Shown piece after piece: positions 26,316-35,834 of a DNA stretch of 64,000 bases (the first letter of the stretch is position 1; every line of letters begins with the position of its first letter). The DNA comes from a virus, in the IMG/VR virus record IMGVR_UViG_3300047318_000482, positions 26,526 through 90,525 of that record. One strand, written 5' to 3'. The translations under genes were made by a program, and so were the position numbers. Under the pieces are notes generated by a model. That model was not told the DNA's origin, made no database searches, and worked only from the letters and a program-made list of their open reading frames with translations.

Positions 26316-27065
26316 CTAGCGGTAGTGGATGTTGACGCCGGGCGCGGTGGCGGCGACGTCGGTGGGGTCGAACGGGACCGGGCACTGGTCGGCGAAGACC
26401 TCGCCGTGCCAGAGCAGTGCGCCGCCGGCCTTGGTGCTGCCGGGGTTGAAGCTGATCTCGGAGACGAGGAACCCGGCGAGGGTCTCGGTGCCGTCGGTCG
26501 CGGATGCTCCGCCGCCCGCGGTGGTGGTGGCGATGGCCACGGCGGGGCTGGATCCGCCGGTCAGGGAGGCGGTGCCGGTCATCGCGGGCTGGTCGTCGCC
26601 CAGGTACTGGCCGCCGAACGTGACCACGATCGCCGTGCCGGGGTGCGGGCCGCCGGAGACGGCGACGTCACCGACGTTGATGTTGGACAGCGCCTCGAGG
26701 GCTGCCTTCACCTGCGCCGCTGTCGCGTTGTAGGGGATCGCGGCGGTGGTCTGACCGGACCAGGTCAGCGTGTAGGTGCCGCCGGTGGGGGTGCCGGTGA
26801 CGGTGACGGTCTGCACCTCGGACCGGGGACCCGAGTACGGGGCGTACAGCCCGGACGCGGTGACCTTGCCCAGCGGGATGCCGGACTTCATGACGTTGCG
26901 GCCCTGAAGGACCGGGTTCGCGGAGACCGCGTAGTGCGTGCCCTGCGTGAACTTGCTCAGGTCGAGCGCGATGGTGTTGGTGTCCTGGACTCCTACCAGG
27001 GACGCGAGCCACGGCCGGTCGGCGGTGACGCTGTCCGTGTAGGAGTAGGGCTGGAAGTCGTTCAC
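26316..27065 (-). CDS. Head decoration protein with inserted accessory domain
   Basis: KSGIPLGKVT.SGLYAPY...DGTETLAGFL...HG motif interrupted by a ~100-aa insert. Confidence 0.75.
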   Translation of the reverse strand: MNDFQPYSYTDSVTADRPWLASLVGVQDTNTIALDLSKFTQGTHYAVSANPVLQGRNVMKSGIPLGKVTASGLYAPYSGPRSEVQTVTVTGTPTGGTYTLTWSGQTTAAIPYNATAAQVKAALEALSNINVGDVAVSGGPHPGTAIVVTFGGQYLGDDQPAMTGTASLTGGSSPAVAIATTTAGGGASATDGTETLAGFLVSEISFNPGSTKAGGALLWHGEVFADQCPVPFDPTDVAATAPGVNIHYR

Positions 27066-27178
27066 GGCCTTCTCCTGGTGTAAAGCGGCGTGCGGTGACA
27101 GCAGCACCGTGCGGTGCGCGTCCACGAGGAGAGGGCGTGGTCCCGTTGTCCCGGCCCCCGGTGAAGGGGGCCGGCGGT

Positions 27179-27925
27179 CTATGCGGTGGCGCGTTGGTGG
27201 CCGCGCAGGCGGGCCATTTCGCGTCCTCGGTCGCCGGGCTTGCCGGTGGCCGTCTGTCGGGAGGGCGGGCCGCCCGCGGGTGCGCCGCCGGGCGCCGGGG
27301 GAAGCTGGGTGGCGGGCGGGACGTTGGTGGGTGCGACGCCGAACAGTTCGGGGCGGCGTTCCCTCAGCTTCGTGGCCGCCTCAGTGACGGCGGCGTCGTC
27401 CGCGTCGTCGGGGACCCGCAGGAGGGCTGCGGCGTCCTCGAGGTCGTCGCCGGTGGCGCCGAGCCCGACGAGGGTGGCGCGCCGGTTGGCGTTCCGCTCC
27501 CGGGCGATGGCCGCCTTCTCGCGGGCGTCGGCTGCCGCTTCGCGGTCGGCAAGCGCCTTCTCCCGCTTCTGCTGCTCGGAGAGCTGGGCTTCCTCCGCCT
27601 TGCGGGCGGCGACGATGAACGCCTCGGCGTCCTCGATGCTGCTGAAGCCGTACTTCTCGGCGAACTCCCGGGCGGCCGCGCGCTTGCCCTGGGACTTCTC
27701 GCGGGCGGCGAGCGCATCGACTTCGGCCTGGGTGAAGGTGCGGGAGGCGGGCGGGCCCGGCTTGGGAGGATCGGCGGCCGGCGGTTCTGTGGCGGGCGGT
27801 TCGCCGCCGCCGTCGTTGTAGAAGACGGCGAGGCCAGCAACGCCGGTGTACGGGTGGGCCCAGCCGGTGCGGGCGCGAGGTCCGCGGGCGACCGGTCCGA
27901 AGCTGTTCTGCGCGGGGCGACGCAT
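27179..27925 (-). CDS. Capsid scaffolding protein
   Basis: FTQAEVD...A.EK, coiled coil, RPELF; between portal and capsid. Confidence 0.75.
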   Translation of the reverse strand: MRRPAQNSFGPVARGPRARTGWAHPYTGVAGLAVFYNDGGGEPPATEPPAADPPKPGPPASRTFTQAEVDALAAREKSQGKRAAAREFAEKYGFSSIEDAEAFIVAARKAEEAQLSEQQKREKALADREAAADAREKAAIARERNANRRATLVGLGATGDDLEDAAALLRVPDDADDAAVTEAATKLRERRPELFGVAPTNVPPATQLPPAPGGAPAGGPPSRQTATGKPGDRGREMARLRGHQRATA

Positions 27926-27953
27926 GTGTACAAGTCCTCCCAGACTCGTTCCA

Positions 27954-27972
27954 GGCCCCGCGCCTGAGATCA
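27954..27972 (-). promoter_or_regulatory. Conserved late-gene motif, copy 2
   Basis: GGCCCCGCGCCTGAGATCA (+ strand) upstream of scaffold. Confidence 0.6.
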
Positions 27973-27987
27973 AGGACACCACAGATG

Positions 27988-29883
27988 TCACTCGGTGTTC
28001 CCCCCGCTCCCCTGCTGCCCCTGCGGGTCCTCCTCCAGGGCCGGGTCCGTGTCGTCCGCGGGGAGGCCGGGCAGGGTGGGTGCGGGCGGTGTCGGGTCGG
28101 GGTTCAGGTCGATGCCGAGGAAGTCCCCGACCGCACCGGTGTCCCCGGTGGCGTCGGCCAGCGCGCGGGCTTTCTCGAACTGCCGGGACTGGATCCGCTC
28201 GATTTCCTCGCCCACGTCTTCGATGGGGAACCCTGCCTCGACCAGCATCTTCATCGCGGTCTCCAGGGAGATGACCTTGTCGACGCTGTTGGTGACCTGC
28301 TCGAGGATGGCGGCCTTGTCGGTGGGCGTGTACGGGCCGAACACCAGCTTCGCGGGCAGCACCTGGACGCCTGCCCAGTCGGGGTGCTGCCCGGCCAGGT
28401 TCAGGCGCTGCACCATCTTCAGGAGCAGCGCGTACTTGTGGTCGCGGGCCAGGCGCATCCCGCCGATGAGGGAGTCGAGTGGGCCGAGGCTGACCTGCAT
28501 CGCGAATCCGGAGGGGACCTTGGACGGGTCGAGGGTGCCCAGGGCGACGGCGGGAAGGCGGGCGACGTTCGCGGCGCGGTCGGCGAGGTCGTGGCGGTGG
28601 TCGCGGAGTTCGCGCAGGGCGGGGCTGGTGTCGACGGTGAACAGCTTGCCGTCCTGGCCGAGTTTGAGGACGGCGCCGGGGCCGATCTGGTACTCGCTGC
28701 GGTCGGTGCCCGCGCCGGCGATGCCGACCATGGGCAGGCCGGTGGTGGCCGATGCGCGCGCGGAGTCGGTGTCCGAGCCCTGGAGTTCGTCGAAGACCTG
28801 CAAGACCTTCGCCAGGGACGACTGGCCCCAGTGCTCCTCGGCCGGCGGCACCGTGTTGGGGACGTGGAGGACCGGAATGAAGTCGAGCATCAGGTCGAGG
28901 TGGTCGAGGACCTCGCCGTCGCCGCGGGTCGCGAACGTTGCCGACCCGAGCGGCAGGGTGTCGACGTCGATGTCGCCCTTGAGGTCGCCGATGTTCCAGG
29001 TGGCGTCGGTGAGGTAGCAGGTGATGCCGGACGGGGCGTCGTTCCACGCGTACTGGCGGGTGATGCCGCCGGTGGCGGGGTCGATGACGTCGCCGCGGCC
29101 GATTGCTGGCACCAGTTCCCCGTCCGGGCCCTCCGCGGTGACAGGAGCGCGGACGGCCCTCTTTCCGGATTCGTCGATGCCGGTGGCGGTGGCCGGGCCG
29201 ATCGGTCCGAGCTCGTAGGTGATGCGCCGCAGCCGGGGCTTCAGGCCGCGCTTGGTGTCCTCGGGTAGCTCCCACGCGAAGTGGATCCGGTCGGGGTACT
29301 CGCCGCCGTCGTCGTCCTCCCCGATGATCGGGAAATAGAAGCCGGGGTCGGTGACCCGGAGGGTGACGCGCTGCTTGCCCGGGTCCCAGGCCAGCCGGTA
29401 CACGCCGTCGCCGAGGGAGACGGCCTTGCGTTCGGCCTGCTGCATCCGCATCGGCAGGAGTTCGGCCTCTGCCCACTCACGCAGCAGGTCCTGGACCTTT
29501 TCGGCGGCCGCAGTCTCCGGATCGGGTTCGCCGTCGCCGTCGCCGTCGTGTTCGGCGCCGGGGACGGCGATGTGCTGCTCGCGGCCCAGGACGTGGGCCA
29601 GGAGCGTGTCGATGAACATGGACGGGTCGCCGAACTCGCGCCGGTCCGCGGCCTCGGGTCCGTCGACAACGGAGGCGATCTCGGCGGCCTGGTTGTTGTC
29701 GTAGGCCGCGAGGAGTTTGTAGGCGGCGAGGCGGCGGGCGTCCTGGTCCGGGACCCACATGGCCTGGGCTTCGGGGAACACGCGCCGGTTCGGCATCCCC
29801 TGGGGGTCGCTGAAGACGGGCTTGTAGTTCAGCCACGACCAGCCGTCAATGATGAGCGCCCTGGTGGTCGCGATGAGGCCCAC
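27988..29883 (-). CDS. Portal protein
   Basis: 631 aa; LGDGVY.L.WD and HVPN...WGQS motifs; follows terL. Confidence 0.8.
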   Translation of the reverse strand: MGLIATTRALIIDGWSWLNYKPVFSDPQGMPNRRVFPEAQAMWVPDQDARRLAAYKLLAAYDNNQAAEIASVVDGPEAADRREFGDPSMFIDTLLAHVLGREQHIAVPGAEHDGDGDGEPDPETAAAEKVQDLLREWAEAELLPMRMQQAERKAVSLGDGVYRLAWDPGKQRVTLRVTDPGFYFPIIGEDDDGGEYPDRIHFAWELPEDTKRGLKPRLRRITYELGPIGPATATGIDESGKRAVRAPVTAEGPDGELVPAIGRGDVIDPATGGITRQYAWNDAPSGITCYLTDATWNIGDLKGDIDVDTLPLGSATFATRGDGEVLDHLDLMLDFIPVLHVPNTVPPAEEHWGQSSLAKVLQVFDELQGSDTDSARASATTGLPMVGIAGAGTDRSEYQIGPGAVLKLGQDGKLFTVDTSPALRELRDHRHDLADRAANVARLPAVALGTLDPSKVPSGFAMQVSLGPLDSLIGGMRLARDHKYALLLKMVQRLNLAGQHPDWAGVQVLPAKLVFGPYTPTDKAAILEQVTNSVDKVISLETAMKMLVEAGFPIEDVGEEIERIQSRQFEKARALADATGDTGAVGDFLGIDLNPDPTPPAPTLPGLPADDTDPALEEDPQGQQGSGGNTE

Positions 29884-29904
29884 GAAGAGTTCCCTCCGTC
29901 TTCA

Positions 29905-29923
29905 GGCCCCGCGCCTGTGATCA
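29905..29923 (-). promoter_or_regulatory. Conserved late-gene motif, copy 3
   Basis: GGCCCCGCGCCTGTGATCA (+ strand) upstream of portal. Confidence 0.6.
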
Positions 29924-30307
29924 GCGTACGGGCAGGGTGGAGTCGGGTTCCCCCGGCTGTTCGGGCAGCGGCACCGTGCGGCGGCCGCCGTCGTAGCCGA
30001 CGGCGTGCCCTGCGGTGACGAGGTCGCTGTTGAGGACGTGGGAGTCGGCGACGATCGTGGCGAGCAGCCGACCGAATTTCTCGCGCCGGTCCTTGACCGT
30101 GCGGATCAGCAGGTCGGGGCCGTGCTCGGCGATCCATGCGGTGGTGTAGGCGGTGGCGTCGGTTCCACCGACAGTTCCGTGCTCGGGGCAGTTGATGCCG
30201 AGGAGACGGATCCGCTGCCGAGTGTGGATATCGAAGCCGACGTCCACGAGAACGTCCAGGGTGTCGCCGTCCACGATCTTCACGAGGCGGGCGGTGTATT
30301 CGTACAC
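29921..30307 (-). CDS. Thermonuclease (SNase) family nuclease
   Basis: VDGDT, RIRLLGINCPE and EKFGRLLA motifs. Confidence 0.85.
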   Translation of the reverse strand: MYEYTARLVKIVDGDTLDVLVDVGFDIHTRQRIRLLGINCPEHGTVGGTDATAYTTAWIAEHGPDLLIRTVKDRREKFGRLLATIVADSHVLNSDLVTAGHAVGYDGGRRTVPLPEQPGEPDSTLPVR

Positions 30308-30325
30308 GGGGTGTCTCCCAGGGGG

Positions 30326-31942
30326 TTAGCGGCGGCCGCGGAGGCGCTGGTCGGTGTAGTGCCGGGTGCCGAGGCCTTCCTGGGCGGGGTCGGCGAGCTC
30401 GGTCATCGCATGGACGGCGGCGTCCATGCGGTCGGGTGAGTCCATGCCGGGGATCCAGGTGACCATCTGGCCCTCCAGGCGGGGGAACTCGCCGAGGTGG
30501 TGGACGAGGCCTTGGGCGTAGAGCTGGGCAATCGGCTCGGCGCGCAGGCGTTTGCCCTGCTTGGCGTGCACCTCGATGATCGACGGCATGAGCAGGCCCT
30601 TGGTCTCCCCCTGCTGGGCAAGGGTCTTCCACGCCTGCCGGATGATCTGCTGGGCCATGTCGCCGCCGAAGTTGGCCTCGACGACGATGGCATCGGCCTG
30701 GTACTCGATGGCCAGGCGGCAGGCTTCGATGCCCCAGGTGTCAGCGCCCATGCGGCCGGATGCATCGGCCAGCAGGTACAGGTGTCCTTCGCTGTTGCGT
30801 CCTGCCGCGCACAGGCCGGCTTCGTCGTTGCCGTCGCCTTCACCGCCGGCGTGGTCCACGGCCACGATGGTCCGGGTGAGGTCGATGCCGCGGAATGCCA
30901 TGGGGGTGATGCGGTTATCGGTGATCCACGGCCATTTCCACACGCCGCCCTCAAGCGGGCGCGGTTTCTGCATGTAGAGGGACCACCAGACGCGTTCCCC
31001 AACCGCGCGGCGGATCTTCTCGAGGGCTTTGCTGCCGTAGCGGATGGGCCACAGGGGGCGGCCGATCTCGCGTCCCAGGGCGTCGTCGTCGCTGTCGGCG
31101 ATGGCGGGCAGGTCGAGGATGGTCCAGTCGTCGGCGTCCTCGCCCGCGAGGATGCGTCCGGCGAGGTCCTGTTCGTGCCAGCGGGTCTGGATGACCAGGA
31201 TGCTGCCGCCGGGTTCGATGCGGGTGTTGAGGACGGACGTCCACCAGTCCCACAGGCGGCGCCGCATGGTCGGGGACTCGGCGTCCGCGGCGTCCTTAAT
31301 TGGATCATCGACAACTGCCAGGTGGGCGCCCTTGCCGGTGAGGCCTCCGCCGACGCCGGCGGTGACGAGGCCACCTTCGAGGCGTTCCCCGGTGTCGGGG
31401 TCGGCGAGGTCGAACCGGTTCGCAGCCTTGGAGCCGGAGTGCAGGGCGAGGCCGAGCTGGGGGCCGTAGGAGACGATCGCGTCGCGGATCCACCGGCCGT
31501 GGTCGTCGGCCAGGTCCGCAGAGTATGAGGCGATCATGACGCGGTGGTCGGGGTGTTTCGACAGGTACCACAGGGGCGCCCACCGGGCGGCACGCCGGCT
31601 CTTCCCGTGCCGTGGGGGCATGGTGATGAGGACCTTGCGGGGCCGGCCGCGGGCGATGTCGCGGAACACCTGGTCGATCAGGTCCAGGTGGCGGGCCTGC
31701 TTCTCCTTGCCGTCGGTGAGGATCGCCGACATGGAGCCCGGGGACCGCTTCAGCGCCATGTCCCGTTCGACTCCGGCCAGGACGGTGCGGAGTTCGGGGC
31801 TGGCGTACAGGGCGATGCGGCGGCGCTGGGCACGGTTCAAGCGCCGGTACTGGGCGACGGTCTGGAGGAGTTCCTCCGCCTCGCGGACGATGTCGCTGTC
31901 GTCCTGCCGCGGGTGAGACTCAGGTGTCGCCGCGGTCGTCAT
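30326..31942 (-). CDS. terL: Terminase large subunit
   Basis: PPRHGKS Walker A, VVDDP Walker B, QTRWH, VAVD...D..SPDRMDA nuclease motifs. Confidence 0.92.
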   Translation of the reverse strand: MTTAATPESHPRQDDSDIVREAEELLQTVAQYRRLNRAQRRRIALYASPELRTVLAGVERDMALKRSPGSMSAILTDGKEKQARHLDLIDQVFRDIARGRPRKVLITMPPRHGKSRRAARWAPLWYLSKHPDHRVMIASYSADLADDHGRWIRDAIVSYGPQLGLALHSGSKAANRFDLADPDTGERLEGGLVTAGVGGGLTGKGAHLAVVDDPIKDAADAESPTMRRRLWDWWTSVLNTRIEPGGSILVIQTRWHEQDLAGRILAGEDADDWTILDLPAIADSDDDALGREIGRPLWPIRYGSKALEKIRRAVGERVWWSLYMQKPRPLEGGVWKWPWITDNRITPMAFRGIDLTRTIVAVDHAGGEGDGNDEAGLCAAGRNSEGHLYLLADASGRMGADTWGIEACRLAIEYQADAIVVEANFGGDMAQQIIRQAWKTLAQQGETKGLLMPSIIEVHAKQGKRLRAEPIAQLYAQGLVHHLGEFPRLEGQMVTWIPGMDSPDRMDAAVHAMTELADPAQEGLGTRHYTDQRLRGRR

Positions 31943-32471
31943 CCGGGTCGTCTTCGTCGGCGTCGGTGTCTTCCCCTGCGTCGTCGGGGTCGTCGTCTCC
32001 CACCGTGTTGATGAGTCTGCGGAGTTCGGCGGCGCTGACGTCCGTGATCGCTACGGGGCCGCCGCCGGGCCCGGCGAGCTCGTTCTTCACTGGCATGTCC
32101 AGGCCGTTGAGCTTGGCGCGCCGGTCCAGGAGCCGCAGCACGGTGTCGACGGCCCGAACGTCCAGGACGTGGTCGACGACGTCGCCGTCCTTGTCAAAGA
32201 CCGGGCTGGGTTTAGTGGCGCGCGGCCATGCGGCCTCGAGGAGGGCGTCCAAGCGTTCGTTCTCCTGCTGCCGGTAGATGCTGGCCTCGGCTGCTTCCTC
32301 GTCTCGGTGGACCTGGAGGGCGCGTACGAGGTCTTTGCGGGCGGCGCTGTCGCTGGCGTAGCCGAGGGAGAGGATGCGTTCGTCGTCGTAGCGAACGCCT
32401 TCTCGGCGGAGCTTGAGGAGCTTGGTGCGGCGGACGGTGGTCTCGTCTTGTTTCAGCTTGGACGCTGCCAT
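31920..32471 (-). CDS. terS: Terminase small subunit
   Basis: HTH, ERLD.L, DRRAKL.GLD.P, G.GGGP; overlaps terL. Confidence 0.75.
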   Translation of the reverse strand: MAASKLKQDETTVRRTKLLKLRREGVRYDDERILSLGYASDSAARKDLVRALQVHRDEEAAEASIYRQQENERLDALLEAAWPRATKPSPVFDKDGDVVDHVLDVRAVDTVLRLLDRRAKLNGLDMPVKNELAGPGGGPVAITDVSAAELRRLINTVGDDDPDDAGEDTDADEDDPDDDRGDT

Positions 32472-32514
32472 GGCGGTGGGGCTCCCGCTCGGTCGCTCGG
32501 TTGTGTGATTGTTC

Positions 32515-32530
32515 GGCCCCGCGCCTGTGT
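32515..32530 (-). promoter_or_regulatory. Conserved late-gene motif, copy 4
   Basis: GGCCCCGCGCCTGTGT (+ strand) upstream of terS. Confidence 0.6.
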
Positions 32531-32594
32531 CGAATGATCGCCGATTTTGGGGATTGTGTTCCCCCGGGGGTGGGTTGGCGGGATGCTGCCCGGC

Positions 32595-33293
32595 ATGAGT
32601 GAGATGCGCAGGGGGTGGGCGGCTGCTGCTGGTGCGGTGGCCGTGGTGGTGTTGGCGGGTTGCGGGGGCGGCTCGGGTTCGGATGTGAAGGCGAGTTCGC
32701 CGACGCCGTCGGTGACGGTGTCGGAGGATCCGGCGACGGAGGTGCCGGAGGAGACGGAGCCGGAGTATCCGCCGGGGCCGGAGGGGGAGATCGACAAGAA
32801 GGCGGATGAGGAAGGCTGGACGTACGACGAGATCTATGACTCGGCGTCGGCGTTCGTGTCGGACATCTGTGAGTCGCTGCCGGATCAGTCGAAGGACTAT
32901 TCGGGGGCGCAGTGGCTGGCTGAGGGCGGCTACCTGAAGGATGACGGCGCATCGATCCTGGATGTGGGGGTGCCGAAGCTGTGCCCGAAGTGGTCGAAGA
33001 CGTTGAAGTCGGCGGAGGCTGGCACGTACGTCCGGTACATCGGGTCTGGAGAGTACGAGGTGAAGGCGCATCCGAAGCCGTACGACCCGGAGTCGGATTC
33101 TGATGTGCAGGAGATCAAGCCCGGTACGTATGTGGCGCGGGGTGAGATCTCGGACTGCTACTGGGAGCGGACGGCGCCGGACGGGACGATCCTCGCGAAC
33201 AATTTTGTGACGCAGGCGCGGGTGATCACGGTGACGCTGCGGGTGGGCGAGTTGTTCAAGAACGACTGCGGGATGTTCAAGCCGGTGGGCTGA
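32595..33293 (+). CDS. Lipoprotein
   Basis: Signal peptide with LAGC lipobox; PGTY...CYWER domain. Confidence 0.75.
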   Translation: MSEMRRGWAAAAGAVAVVVLAGCGGGSGSDVKASSPTPSVTVSEDPATEVPEETEPEYPPGPEGEIDKKADEEGWTYDEIYDSASAFVSDICESLPDQSKDYSGAQWLAEGGYLKDDGASILDVGVPKLCPKWSKTLKSAEAGTYVRYIGSGEYEVKAHPKPYDPESDSDVQEIKPGTYVARGEISDCYWERTAPDGTILANNFVTQARVITVTLRVGELFKNDCGMFKPVG

Positions 33294-33316
33294 CGTAGCG
33301 CCCCGGGATGTGGGAA

Positions 33317-33360
33317 GGCCCCGCTCCGCTCTCCGGGGGACTGGAGTGCGGAGCGGGGCC
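33317..33360. terminator. Hairpin between convergent lipoprotein and traB
   Basis: GGCCCCGCTCCGC / GCGGAGCGGGGCC inverted repeat. Confidence 0.7.
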
Positions 33361-33520
33361 GGGTGCTCGTGGCTGCCGGGGGGGGGGTGGCCTCGAGCGG
33401 TGGGGGTGTGGGGTTCACGGCCGGCCTCGCCTTGGCGCGGGGACACTAAGACGAGGCCGGCTGTGCACTTCTGATGGTGGTACAGGATCGCGGGTTTGTC
33501 CGAGGCGCCTTCCCCCTCGG

Positions 33521-35788
33521 CTACTCCCCCGTGAGTACGGTGCCCAGCCCGTACTTGCCGCGGACGGCCTGGCCGCTGCCGGGCATGCGGTGGATGCGCT
33601 GGTCCTTGACGAGGCGCGAGAGCCGGTTCTCCAGGGTGGAGTCGGTGAGCTTGGTGAGGGCCTGGATGTCGTCCTTGTGGAGGTAGGTGGTCTCCTCGCC
33701 GAGGGGGTCGGCTGCGTCCTGGAGGGCGGTGAGGATCTTTTCGTCCGCGGTGGGTTCCTTCGGCGGGGCGGGCAGGGCCGTGCCTCCGCCGCCACTCTGG
33801 CCGGCTTCGTCTTCGTCGTCGGGGAGGATCGACGTGCGGCCGATCTCGTGGCGGTTCTCCCATCCGGGCCAGTCCGCCGGGTGCTGGACGGCGTCTTCGT
33901 CGATGTAGGGGGCGGCGGACTCGAGGATGAAGTCGCGCATCATTTCCGCTGCTCCCCCGGGTCCGAGGGTGTAGCCGAGTCCGTAGGTGGATTCGGGGTC
34001 CTGGAGGGCGACGGTCTCGTTGTAGATGAGGGGCCGGCTGACGTCCCAGGCCGGGGGGATCTGGCCGGGGTCGACGCCTTCGAAGCCGGTGGTGACGAGG
34101 TTGGACTGGTCGGAGTCGGTGCGGAGCATGACCAGGGAGCCACCCTGGATGACGTTGGTGCGCAGGGCGGTGGATCCGCCGAGCTTGTCGGCGTTCACGG
34201 CCTGGTTGACGACGGTGAGGATGATGCCGAGAGAGCGGGCCTTCGCGGCCAGCGCCTCCACAATGATCTTTGCTTCCTTGCGGTGCTCGACGAGCTCGGA
34301 CAGGGGGACGTGGGCTTCGTCGAGGATTACGCGCACCCACGGCCGGCCCGGGGTGGGGGTGAAGTTCTTCATCTTCAGCCGGGCGGACTCCTCGATCCGC
34401 CACTGCAGGAGGGCGTAGGCGACGCGCAGGGCGCGCATGCAGCCGTCTTCTCCGAGGCCGGAGTAGCAGGCCATGGTCTCGACGTCGGGGTTGGAGGAGC
34501 CCTTGGGGTCGGCGTAGATGATGGCGTGGCCGTTGACGTGGTCGGCTAGGGCGACGATCTGGATGAGTCCGCCCTTGCCGGATCCGGTGACGCCGGCAAT
34601 GAAGAGGTGCTTGGCGCCCAGCTTGGGGTCGACGAACTGGATGCGGGCGGGGAAGCCGGAGACGTGCTGGCCGATCTGGACGTAGCCGCCGTCGGAGATT
34701 TTCAGGACGTGGGTGCCGGGGAAGGGCACGCCTTGCTTGAGGGGGTTGTGCTTCATGAGGCGGACGGTGCCGCGGCGGGGGTCTCCGGGGACGGGGCTGT
34801 AGGAGCAGAGGAGGGTGTTGGTGCGCAGCGCGCCGGCGAGGGCGGCGCGGTCGGGGACGGGGAGTTTGTCGAGGTTCTCGCCGGCGACGACGTAGGCGAC
34901 TTCGCCTCCGGTGTTGGGGTCGGTCTGGGCGTCTTCGAGGTGGGTGCCGGCCATGACGCCGCCGCTGCGGGCGGCCCACTTGCGCCAGGCGCCCTGGAGG
35001 GTGCTGGTGTCGAGTTCGAGAGGCGGGACCAGGTTGACCGTGAGGTGGCATTCCCCGGCGTGGGCACCGGTTTTGAGGGTGATCCAGTCGGCGGGGATGC
35101 CGTAGAGGCTGGAAATGTTGTCGCGGTTGACGGAGACGGACGCTCCGGTGGGGGCGGTGATGGTGCCTTTCCAGAGGTGGCTTCCGTATCCGGTGACCTG
35201 GAGTTCTTGGCCCTTGTGGCTGCCGGTGTCGCGGTTGGAGACGTACGTGTACCAGCGGTGGGCGATCTGGTCGGCGGGGGTGAGGGGTTCGGGCACGGTC
35301 GGGGCGGCTGCGGGGGCGGTGGGCGCGGTGTGCTTGGGGGCGCGGACCCGGCCGAGGACCTTGCGGAGTTTGATGGGGACGAATCCGACGGCGGCAAACC
35401 AGCCGAGGGAGACGATGCCGGGGATCGGCTTGGCGGCGATGTCGGCCCAGCCGAGCATCAGCGCGTCGGATCCCTCGCCGCCCAGGAGGGCGCCCATGGC
35501 GAGGGCGACGCCGCTGGTGAGGGTGGAGATGGCGAGGGGCACGCTGTGTGCGCGGAGGATGTCCCCGGGCAGGTGCCGCTGTAGGCCCGGTGGGAGCCGG
35601 TTCATGTAGTTCGCGGTGGTGAGGGCGGCGGCGCCGCCGTAGGCGATGGTGGCGAGGAAGGTGGCGCTGGCGTCGAGGAAGGGGATTCCGGCGCCCATGG
35701 CGAGGGGGGCGACGCTGGTGGCGATGGCGATGCCGCGTTCGGTGCTGTGGGCGGCCAGCCGGCTGGTGGTGTTGGTGTTGCTGGTCAT
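33521..35788 (-). CDS. traB: TraB-like FtsK/SpoIIIE conjugative DNA translocase
   Basis: N-terminal TM segments, GVTGSGKG Walker A, DPKG, VILDEA Walker B, ARSLGI..TVVNQ, C-terminal winged helix. Confidence 0.8.
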   Translation of the reverse strand: MTSNTNTTSRLAAHSTERGIAIATSVAPLAMGAGIPFLDASATFLATIAYGGAAALTTANYMNRLPPGLQRHLPGDILRAHSVPLAISTLTSGVALAMGALLGGEGSDALMLGWADIAAKPIPGIVSLGWFAAVGFVPIKLRKVLGRVRAPKHTAPTAPAAAPTVPEPLTPADQIAHRWYTYVSNRDTGSHKGQELQVTGYGSHLWKGTITAPTGASVSVNRDNISSLYGIPADWITLKTGAHAGECHLTVNLVPPLELDTSTLQGAWRKWAARSGGVMAGTHLEDAQTDPNTGGEVAYVVAGENLDKLPVPDRAALAGALRTNTLLCSYSPVPGDPRRGTVRLMKHNPLKQGVPFPGTHVLKISDGGYVQIGQHVSGFPARIQFVDPKLGAKHLFIAGVTGSGKGGLIQIVALADHVNGHAIIYADPKGSSNPDVETMACYSGLGEDGCMRALRVAYALLQWRIEESARLKMKNFTPTPGRPWVRVILDEAHVPLSELVEHRKEAKIIVEALAAKARSLGIILTVVNQAVNADKLGGSTALRTNVIQGGSLVMLRTDSDQSNLVTTGFEGVDPGQIPPAWDVSRPLIYNETVALQDPESTYGLGYTLGPGGAAEMMRDFILESAAPYIDEDAVQHPADWPGWENRHEIGRTSILPDDEDEAGQSGGGGTALPAPPKEPTADEKILTALQDAADPLGEETTYLHKDDIQALTKLTDSTLENRLSRLVKDQRIHRMPGSGQAVRGKYGLGTVLTGE

Positions 35789-35834
35789 GGCGATCTCCTT
35801 CGCGGGAAAGCAGGTACGGGCGGGCCGGGGTGGG

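Noticed and set aside
20902-26819. Diversity-generating retroelement TR/VR pair
   Set aside because: Both copies are coding, differences are not adenine-specific, and no reverse transcriptase is in the window
33294-33520. clt locus with TraB 8-bp recognition repeats
   Set aside because: Only a terminator hairpin and G-runs; no clear 8-bp repeat array could be read here or at 38051-38168
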